Origin: Iphione sp. A-MEVVRFRX5
Taxonomy: Eukaryota
Assembly: GCA_976226885.1 (NCBI GenBank)
Contig: OZ320317.1
Location: 49,042,001-49,106,000 of the forward strand
Direction: 5' to 3'
Length of the DNA: 64,000 bases
Shown here: positions 1-7,726 of the stretch, in pieces
How positions within the stretch are numbered: the first letter of the stretch is position 1
How the letters are laid out: the number at the start of each line of letters is the position of its first letter
Program-made: the position numbers and the translations under genes
The notes under the pieces: generated by a model
Seen by the model: only the letters and a program-made list of their open reading frames with translations
What the model was told of the DNA's origin: nothing
Databases searched by the model: none

Positions 1-1
1 C

Positions 2-636
2 CTGCAGGGCCACCGAAGGCGCGAGTTCAACGGACTGCTCCTGTCAGGAGAGTTTGGGGGCACAGTGATTGACTGGTTGATCGATACTGGCGCCTCGGCA
101 TCGCTCCTCTCCGCTAAAGTGTTCGAATCACTGCACGGAATTCCGCTTGGACCCGTGGACGCCCGCGTGTACGGTGTGGACGGCGCCCCGCTCGCAGTGC
201 GAGGATCCGTGGCAGGGATGGTGTACTTCCATGAAGCCGCGATCCCCATGCGAGCCCGAGTGGTGGATATGGAAGTGCCTGCTATATTGGGACTCGACTG
301 GCTGGACCGCTGGGAGGCGGTGGTGGACTCCCGGAAGGCGCAGGTGGCATTGGGCTGGATACCGGGAGAGACGGCGGCATCTTGGCGGTGGCAGCCGACA
401 CCACGGTCCCAGCGGGACAGGTCGGTTGGCTGCAAGTTGAGTGGCAGGGAGAAGGACTTCCGGGCGAGAGCATCCTGGCAGAGGCCAGCGGCCAGTTCGA
501 AGAAAGGTCGGGGCTGCGAGTGGCCAGGGCCGTGGTGTGTCCGCAGGAGGGCCGGCTGTGGGTGCCTCTGTGGAACCCGGGACCGGTCGCAGCCTGCGTC
601 TTCCGTGGTACGCAGCTCGGAAAGGGCATGTGGTGA
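2..636 (+). CDS. pol: pol N-terminal part: retropepsin-type aspartic protease plus PR-RT spacer; one apparent -1 frameshift near 365
   Basis: Frame is open from base 2: WLIDTGASASLLS (catalytic DTG at 83-91) and PAILGLDWL. It continues in the 382-636 frame (GGILAVAADTTVPAG...WVPLWNPG...GTQLG), a typical Gypsy spacer. Confidence 0.88.
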
Positions 637-3600
637 GCGACGTTGTGACCGCCTACGCGGCACGGGCGGAGGCTGTAGAGGCCGAGCAACAGGAAGCGGT
701 GAAACAGCTGTTAGACCAACTACCAGAAGGACTGTCGATCGATGACCAAGGCAGAATCCAAGCCATGCTGGAGGCACACCATGGCGTATTTCAGACACCG
801 AGTGGACCCTTGGGGTGCACCCCTGTAGTACAGCACCGGATCGATACGCAGGGGCACGCTCCCATCCGCCAACGGGCGCGGCGCCTACCGCCCCATAGGA
901 AGGCGGAAGTGGAGCGGGAGGTGGAGTCGATGCTGGAGAAGGGGGTGCTGGAACATTCCACCAGTCCGTGGGCTTACCCCCTAGTCCTGGTCAAAAAGAA
1001 GGACGGGAGCACCCGCTTCTGCATTGACTATCGGCGGCTGAATGCGGTGATAAAGAAGGACGCGTATCCCCTGCCTCGCATCGACGATACCCTGGATGCG
1101 CTGCAGGGGAACCGCTATTTTTCTGCAATTGACCTGGCCAGTGGCTACTGGCAGGTCAGGATGGACCCTGCCGATGCAGAAAAGACGGCCGTGTGCACTC
1201 CTGGAGGGCTATACCAATTCCGGGTGATGCCCTTCGGGTTGTGCAACGCGCCGTCGACCTTCGAGCGCCTCATGGAGTCCGTGCTGCGGGGCATGGTGGG
1301 CACGGACTGCCTCGTGTATCTGGACGACATCATTGTGCTGGGCCGCACGGTGGAAGAGATGTGCGCCCGTCTGGGGCGAGTTTTTCACTGGCTCCAGCAA
1401 GCCGGACTACCAGTCAAGGCCTCGAAGTGTCAACTGTTTCAGGAGGAAGTGGCGTACCTGGGCCACTGGGTGTCAGCCCGTGGTGTTGGGGTGGACCCAG
1501 AGAAGATTGCCGCCGTGACCGCCTGGCCTCGACCGCGCTGCAGCGAGGAGTTACGCGGGTTCCTCGGCCTCTGCTCATATTACCGGAGCTTTGTGGAGGG
1601 CTTTGCACGGATCGCGGCCCCCCTCCACACGATGGCGGATCGACTGGCGGAGTTTGCCTGGACGGAAGACTGTCAACAGGCCTTCGACCACCTGAAACAA
1701 CGACTGTGTTCGGCGCCGATCCTGGGCTACCCCTCCCTGCAAGGAAGGCTGTTGCTCGACACGGATGCCTCCGACACCGGCATCGGGGCAGTGCTGTCCC
1801 AGGTTCAGGACGGACAGGAGCGGGTCCTGGCGTATGAGAGTCGGACTCTCACCAAGCCCGAGCGGAATTACTGTGTGACACGACGGGAGTTGCTGGCCGT
1901 GGTGTTCGCCTTGCGCAAATTCCGCTGCTATGTGGGAGGGCGAAGCATCGAGATCCGGACTGACCATGACTCGCTACGGTGGCTATGCAGCTTCCGGGAG
2001 CCGCAGGGCCAGCTAGCCCGCTGGTTAGAAGAAATCTTCTGCCACGACTTGGAAATCATCCATCGGCCGGGTCGGAAACACGGAAATGCGGACGGCCTGT
2101 CACGACAGCGGTGCAAGCAGTGCACTAGGAAAATGATCCCAGAGGCCGTGGAGGTAGCCGCGGTCACAGCGACCCCGTGGGCGAGCGCTGCACGCCTCGG
2201 CAACGCGCAAGCGGCAGAGGAAGGTACGGAGACGATCCGCTGGGCCTTGGAGGTGGGGGGCGATCCCCCAGGGCTGGAGGTCGGGCTGACGTGGGAGGAG
2301 CGCCAGCTGCGGGCGGAGGGAGGCCGGTTGTCCTTGCGAGGCGGAGTGCTGATGCGACGCTGGGAGGCCGATGGCGGGCAGGCGGTGTACCAGGCCTACG
2401 TCCCCCGCACAATTCAGGCGAAGCTGTGGCAGGATGTTCACGCCGGCGCGCTGGGAGGTCATCTGGGCGCCGAGAAGACCCTCGGGTTGCTGCGGCAGAA
2501 GTGGTTTTGGCCCGGGATGCGCCGAGACGTGGGACGATGGATAGCAGCGTGCCAGGCTTGCCAGCAACGTAAGGCGCCGCCACGTTCGAAGCGGGCCCTG
2601 CTGCAGTCGCGACCAGTAAACGAACCCTGGGAGCTGGTGGCGGCTGACATACTGGGACCTCTGCCGGAAACGCCCCGGGGCAACCGGTATGTCCTGGTAG
2701 TGGCAGACCACTTCTCCAAGTGGACGGAGGCCTTCCCCCTGGCCGAGGCCACGGCTAAGGCTTCCGCAGAAGTCATCGTGCGGGAGGTGGTCTGCGGGTT
2801 CGGTCCTCCCCGGGTGTTCCATTCCGATCAGGGCCGCAATTTCGAGTTGGCACTCTTCACCGAGGTACTGCAGCTCCTGGGGGTGGAGAAGTCCCGGACT
2901 ACCCCGTACCACCCTCAGAGTGACGGCGTGGTGGAGCGCTTCAACAGAACGCTGGCTAACATGCTGGGCACCCTGGGGGAGGAGCGTCGGGCCGACTGGG
3001 ATCTGGCCCTTCCCTACGTGATGGCCGCTTACCGGGCTACCCCTCAGGGCTCGACCAACATGTCGCCAAATCGGCTCCTGTTCCACCGAGAGGTCAACCT
3101 GCCCGTGGAGCTCCGCTACGGGTACCCCGAGCCGGACGTGGTACAGCGGAACCAGTTCGCCAGCCAGGTAGAAGATGAGGTCCGGCAGGCCCACCAGCGA
3201 GTGGCAGGGCGCCTGAACCGTGTGGCGGAACACCGGCGTGACTGGTACAACCAGAAGGTCAGACCGCAAGGTTACACAGTCGGACAGAGGGTCTGGTTGT
3301 TTTCACCTCTTCGCCGCAAGGGGGTGCCCCACAAGTTCCAAGATTGGTGGGAGGGGCCCTGGCGAATAGAGGAGAAGCTGTCAGAGGTTACGTATCGGAT
3401 TGGTAAAGGCCCCAAGAGGCGGGTGGTCCACGCTGACCGGCTTAAGCCTGCTCGGGATGATGCTCAGGTCACTTGTGCCAGCCAGTCGGATAACCACGAG
3501 GGGGCTGGAACTGCAGCTGCTGAAGAGGGCGCAGCTGGGAGCGTAAGTGCGTTGTGGCACTCGCCGCTCTGTGGCGGAGCGGGCGCAGGAGCGGAGAACG

Positions 3601-4478
3601 AAGCTGCGACGTGGCGGGCAACGTCAGTGCGTACAAAGTCAGCACCGACCGCAGCTGCTAGAAAGGGCGTAGCTGGGAGTGTGCGTGCGCCGCCCAGGGA
3701 CGGAGAGGACGGAAGAGCGGGGAACGAAGCCGCGACGTGGCGGTCGACGTCAGTGCATGCAACGCAGGTGCGTGCAACGTCAACGCGCGCAGTGCCGGCA
3801 CGAGGCGCCCCCGCTCGGAATTCCACCGAACCAGACTGCAGGAAATGCAGTGGCGCCACTCGCCGTTGCGTCTCTCTGCCGCAGACCTCGTGTCATCCCA
3901 GCTGGAGCGAACGACGAAGTTGGAATCTCAGCGCTTCCGCAGGAGGAAACACAGCGAAAAGCGAGGCACGCCGCAACGACAGTAGGAGCAGCGTTGTGAA
4001 CAACCCCCGTCGGCGTATTCCAAGCCAGGTAGGCGCTTTACTCTGTGTGGCGCATGACTCGCCAGTGGGCGATAATAGGGACTGCAACGTTTGGACCAGC
4101 CGGGTTTGTTGCTGCAGGGTTAGGATGCGCAATAGTCGTACCGTCAGTACAGGCAGCAGCTTGGGGGTAAGGGCGCGGGAGGATGGCCGCAGGAGTAACT
4201 TTCGCAACTGCGCTCATAACAAGGGCGTGGAAGGGCCGGGGGCCGAACGCAGTAGCGATGATGTTCTTAAGGATAAGCGTGCTGTGGTCAACCGCTCGCC
4301 AGTAGGAAGGCCGAGCCACTTTTGTTCCATGGCAGGAACGACGTTTGCTGCTGTAGTAAACCGCTTGCCAGTAGGGAGGCCGAGCCACTTTTGCTCCATG
4401 GCGGGAACGACGTTTGCTGATCCTTGTTTTGTCTCCGCAGACGCACGACGCACTGTAGCCCAGCGCAACCGCAGGTGA
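627..4478 (+). CDS. pol: pol: reverse transcriptase, RNase H, integrase (HHCC, DDE, GPY/F-like) plus ~340-aa C-terminal extension; joined to the upstream part by a -1 frameshift near 627
   Basis: RT: YPLPRIDDTL, DLASGYWQV, MPFGLCNAP, YLDD (1317-1328). RNase H: LDTDASDTGIGAVL, TDHDSLRWL. Integrase: GHLG...CQAC, DILGPLP, HSDQGRNFE, YHPQSDGVVERFNRTL, WEGPWRI, VVHADRLKP (~3450). Confidence 0.96.
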   Translation, partial: HVVSDVVTAYAARAEAVEAEQQEAVKQLLDQLPEGLSIDDQGRIQAMLEAHHGVFQTPSGPLGCTPVVQHRIDTQGHAPIRQRARRLPPHRKAEVEREVESMLEKGVLEHSTSPWAYPLVLVKKKDGSTRFCIDYRRLNAVIKKDAYPLPRIDDTLDALQGNRYFSAIDLASGYWQVRMDPADAEKTAVCTPGGLYQFRVMPFGLCNAPSTFERLMESVLRGMVGTDCLVYLDDIIVLGRTVEEMCARLGRVFHWLQQAGLPVKASKCQLFQEEVAYLGHWVSARGVGVDPEKIAAVTAWPRPRCSEELRGFLGLCSYYRSFVEGFARIAAPLHTMADRLAEFAWTEDCQQAFDHLKQRLCSAPILGYPSLQGRLLLDTDASDTGIGAVLSQVQDGQERVLAYESRTLTKPERNYCVTRRELLAVVFALRKFRCYVGGRSIEIRTDHDSLRWLCSFREPQGQLARWLEEIFCHDLEIIHRPGRKHGNADGLSRQRCKQCTRKMIPEAVEVAAVTATPWASAARLGNAQAAEEGTETIRWALEVGGDPPGLEVGLTWEERQLRAEGGRLSLRGGVLMRRWEADGGQAVYQAYVPRTIQAKLWQDVHAGALGGHLGAEKTLGLLRQKWFWPGMRRDVGRWIAACQACQQRKAPPRSKRALLQSRPVNEPWELVAADILGPLPETPRGNRYVLVVADHFSKWTEAFPLAEATAKASAEVIVREVVCGFGPPRVFHSDQGRNFELALFTEVLQLLGVEKSRTTPYHPQSDGVVERFNRTLANMLGTLGEERRADWDLALPYVMAAYRATPQGSTNMSPNRLLFHREVNLPVELRYGYPEPDVVQRNQFASQVEDEVRQAHQRVAGRLNRVAEHRRDWYNQKVRPQGYTVGQRVWLFSPLRRKGVPHKFQDWWEGPWRIEEKLSEVTYRIGKGPKRRVVHADRLKPARDDAQVTCASQSDNHEGAGTAAAEEGAAGSVSALWHSPLCGGAGAGAENEAATWRATSVRTKSAPTAAARKGVAGSVRAPPRDGEDGRAGNEAATWRSTSVHATQVRATSTRAVPARGAPARNSTEPDCRKCSGATRRCVSLPQTSCHPSWSERRSWNLSASAGGNTAKSEARRNDSRSSVVNNPRRRIPSQVGALLCVAHDSPVGDNRDCNVWTSRVCCCRVRMRNSRTVSTGSSLGVRAREDGRRSNFRNCAHNKGVEGPGAERSSDDVLKDKRAVVNRSPVGRPSHFCSMAGTTFAAVVNRLPVGRPSHFCSMAGTTFADPCFVSADARRTVAQRNRR
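4281..4418 (+). repeat. 69-bp tandem duplication (23 codons) in the pol extension
   Basis: gctgtggtcaaccgctcgccagtagg...gacgtttgct is followed by gctgtagtaaaccgcttgccagtagg...gacgtttgct; protein AVVNR(S/L)PVGRPSHFCSMAGTTFA x2. Confidence 0.9.
4416..4440 (+). promoter_or_regulatory. Predicted 3' splice acceptor for a subgenomic ORF2 mRNA
   Basis: Branch-like CTGAT, pyrimidine tract ccttgttttgtctcc, then CAG ending at 4440. There is no ATG between 4441 and the Kozak-context ATG at 4635. Confidence 0.6.
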
Positions 4479-4634
4479 CGCCGCCCCGATCGACGCAGCT
4501 TCAGTGACCACAACGTGGCCGAGCGCTCGAACCATCAGCGCAGTTTCTATTGCCGCAGTAACAATCAGCGCAGGTTCCATCACCGCAGTAACGACCCCCG
4601 CAGCCCGGTTCGTCGCGCGGTGCCACTCCACGAC

Positions 4635-7213
4635 ATGGCGGAACACGACCCTACCCCCAGCACGTCAGACGTCCCCGATGGACCGCCCTATCCTTGCCAG
4701 GTGTGCAAGAAGGACTTCCAGGCGCTTGACTCTATGTATCAGCATGTGGCCTCGGCACACCAGGTCATTGGCTTTGGGTGGCTCTGCCCCTTCCCCAAAT
4801 GCCAAGGAGTAGCATTCAAGAGGAGGGCAGATTGGAAGCGCCATGCGGTTAAGGTTCATGGGTCGGAACGAGCCGCACACTCCACCAGCATAGAGCTTCT
4901 GAGATTTTCGGGGTACAACCCCACGTTCGGGGTGGTGCTAACCTGTCCCCCGGAGCGACAGGCCGAGTATGACCGTCGCAAGCGCCAAGACGAGCGCACC
5001 CGGCGGCGTGATCTCCTGACTTGGATCGGGCAGCGACGAGATCAGGGCGAACCCGAGGAGGACTCGGGCAACGACTCCCCCCCTCCCGGGGGCGCCGTTC
5101 CACCGTCAGGCTCCGCCACCGCCGGGTCGACCGCTGAGCCTGAAGAGGAGGAGCTCGAGGGGCCTCCGGGGGACGGCGGCTCCATCGCCGACGCCGGGCC
5201 GCCCCCCCCGCCAGGGGACGACGATCCCCTGCTGCCCCCAGCGGAGCCCGTCGCGGCCGGGACACCGACGCCGCGGGGCCCCCATACACCCTCGGGCACG
5301 GCAGGGTCGGAGGGTGCTGGACCGTCTTCTGCCACCACACCAGCCGAGAGCTCCTCATCCTCCCCGCCCCATCGGGAGGCCCCAGGCAAGACCTATGAGA
5401 AGAGCAAGGCCCGGAGCACGCCGGCCTCTTCCTGTGCCCGTACCGCGCCGCTGGTACCCACGCCGGCAGGCATAAACCTCGAGGGAGCCCCGGTGGAGAC
5501 CCACCGTCGGCAGCTGTTCCAAGAAGAGCCCACAGTAGTACCGCCGCCACCAGTACAAACACACCGCGAGCCCTCTCCCGACCGTCCGTCCTGGTCGGAC
5601 TATGAGGATGCCATCGAGCCGCCGTCTTCGGCGCTGGGGAGCAGGCACGGGGTGCCCCCCGAGGGCGCACGCCATTTCATCGCCCTCGCCGTCGAATGGG
5701 AGGCCGCGTGCTGACATCATCGTCAGAGGACGAGCCACGCACCCCAGGGAAGGGGTGGTGGCCCAGCCCCGCGAGGTCCAGGACACCGGGCCACCGGGGT
5801 CAGCGGGGTCGCAGCCCTCCCCCCGCGAAAGTAAGCCGAACCGAGGAAGAAGAGGAGGTGCGGTTAGATCGTTGTCTGGGACCCGGGTGGGAGCGGGCGG
5901 ACGTCCACGCCACCACCGTCATCGTGGAAGACTCACCAGAGGCTTCACCTCGGCTGGCTCAAAAAAAAGCACAGCCGTCACCCCGCGCCGAGATGCCGGA
6001 TACTCTGCAGCAGGCCATGGCCGCCACCCTTGGGGAGGTGGTCTGGCTGGCGGATGACAGTTCACCCCACTCTGATGCCGGGGTAGAACTGACAAAGGCC
6101 CCAGCCACTACAGCCGAGCTGGATGAGGAGGTGGCGGTGTTGACCGCCGATTCCACGGGACACCTCCGCGCTGGGGACCGCGGAAGATTGGTCCGAGGAG
6201 CTGCCGGAGGACGGGGGAGAAGGGTCGGCCCGGTCTCCAGTACCAGGAGAGGACGGGAGGCAGGAGGATGTACCGGCTCCACCCCGTACAGACGACAGGT
6301 CCACGACGGGCAGCCCGGTCGAGGGGGACAGGAGGCCTCCAGCCCCCGGGACCACCCCCACGGCAGGGCAAGGACACGGTCCAGAGGAGCAGCCGGGAGG
6401 GCACGCGGGGGAATACACCCCGCCCACGACGGTTGGAGTAACGGGGCAAGGAGAGATCGCCACCCCCGGGGGGAGCCAGGGCCAACCAACGCTGACTGGA
6501 GTGGCGACGCTCACCCTAATAGGAGCCACACCCCCGGGTGGAGCAGCGGCAACGCCAGACGGAGACCAACCAGATACGGAGGAACGCCCTCCAGCCGGGC
6601 CGACAGGGACGGCACTGCAAGGCGCGGGGCGAGCGGCACAAACGCCCAGGAGGGCCACGACCCCTGTCCGCACTCTTCCGCCGCTGGGGCCCCCCCGAGG
6701 GCGGGGGGCTGGTTCTCCAATTGCGCAGATTAACCCAGCGGCATCTCCAGGCAGGGGCCGGGGGGCGGCAGCAAGCCGACAGGGAGCACACATGGAGCCT
6801 CTCCCCGACGCCCGGGCGGGGCGCGTTACGCATACAGGTGGTCCTATGAGGACATTTCCCCCCCGGCCTCCGAGGACGAAGGCATTCCCGATGCAGTATA
6901 CCAATGGGCAACGAGCCTGCACGTGTCCCGGCAGTCGGCACCACCACCCGGCTGGCAAATCATCAGCGCTTCGAGCAGGGCGGAAGTGCAGATATCTGGC
7001 TGGAATGAGGTCAAGATCCACTTGGATCAAACCCTACGGTTCCGGCTGTCGGGAGAGGGGGCCGCCTGCGACCTAATGGGGTGGCACGCCCGGCGGCCAG
7101 GGACTCTCACGCGTGGACGGGCCTACCACCGCTTCACCTCCTGGGTGGACTGTCAGGAGGGAGAGGAGGTAGTGGCCGAAATCAAAGAATTATTCGTGGT
7201 AAGACTGGGTTAG
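4635..7213 (+). CDS. Gypsy accessory ORF2: two N-terminal C2H2 fingers, long Pro/Gly/acidic disordered region, ~130-aa globular C-terminal domain; three apparent frameshifts (~5700, ~6145, ~6820)
   Basis: gacATGG at 4635; CQVCKKDFQALDSMYQHVASAH (C-x2-C-x12-H-x4-H) and CPFPKCQGVAFKRRADWKRHAVKVH. Compositionally coherent reading passes through ORFs 4515-5714, 5696-, 6144/6501- and 6923-7213, ending ...KELFVVRLG*. Confidence 0.75.
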
Positions 7214-7379
7214 AGCGTAGGCGGGTGCTGACGCAGACTGGAAAAGGACTACGGTGATCTCCCTGTGGACTTGTCACGGATTTGGCAGTTGTTAACCTGG
7301 ACCAGCTGGACTTTTTTGTTACGAGTTGAAGTTGCCGACTGCAGTTACTTGTTGAACTTTGAGGACAAAGTTGTGACTT

Positions 7380-7391
7380 GAGAGGGGGCAG
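7380..7391 (+). other. Polypurine tract
   Basis: gagagggggcag immediately precedes the LTR-initial TG at 7392. Confidence 0.85.
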
Positions 7392-7726
7392 TGTAGCGGC
7401 GACATGTGGCCACGTTGCACGGTGCAAGGTTGCATCGTGCCGGGTGGCACTGTGCACTGTGCATTGATGCTCAGGAGTGGAGCACAGTGTGCAGTGACGC
7501 CCGGTGCTTTGTGCTTCGTGCTTTGTGCATCGTGCTTGGACGCATCGTGCAGCGTGGCACCATGCACTGCTGGGGGGAGGGGGGCTCCAGCCTATATAAG
7601 CAGGGGTTGGAGCCCAGGGTCTTCAGTCTGGAGTTGGGGGTCTTACCATACACATCTCCTTCAGCAATAAAGTACCATATTCATACTTCCTGGTCATGTC
7701 TTATTTGCGGAGCGGCCGACGTTACA
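7392..7726 (+). repeat. 3' LTR (335 bp)
   Basis: Starts TGTAGC and ends GTTACA (imperfect terminal inverted repeat). TATATAA at 7593-7599 and AATAAA at 7666-7671. Composition drops abruptly to AT-rich after 7726. Confidence 0.9.

Larger units (their letters stand above)
1..7726 (+). mobile_element. Ty3/Gypsy LTR retrotransposon, 3' portion (gag and 5' LTR lie outside the window), with an additional 3' ORF
   Basis: Domain order PR-RT-RNase H-IN, then an extra ORF, a polypurine tract (7380-7391) and an LTR TGTAGC...GTTACA (7392-7726). GC-rich relative to the flank. Confidence 0.96.

Noticed and set aside
3460-4478. Chromodomain at the integrase C-terminus
   Set aside because: No aromatic-cage or chromodomain motif is visible.
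6144-6733. Arg/Gly-rich reading of ORF 5696-6733 as the true ORF2 middle
   Set aside because: The alternative frame (PPIPRDTSALGTAEDWSEE...) matches the acidic Pro/Thr composition upstream and avoids the TAA at 6731; not fully excluded.
1145-7030. Many long antisense and alternate-frame ORFs over the Gypsy element (e.g. 2100-3269, 4849-5670, 6062-7030)
   Set aside because: Expected shadows of GC-rich coding DNA; no motifs.
4635-7213. ORF2 as a retroviral-type env
   Set aside because: No signal peptide, furin/fusion segment or transmembrane anchor; the C2H2 fingers and disorder point to a nuclear protein.
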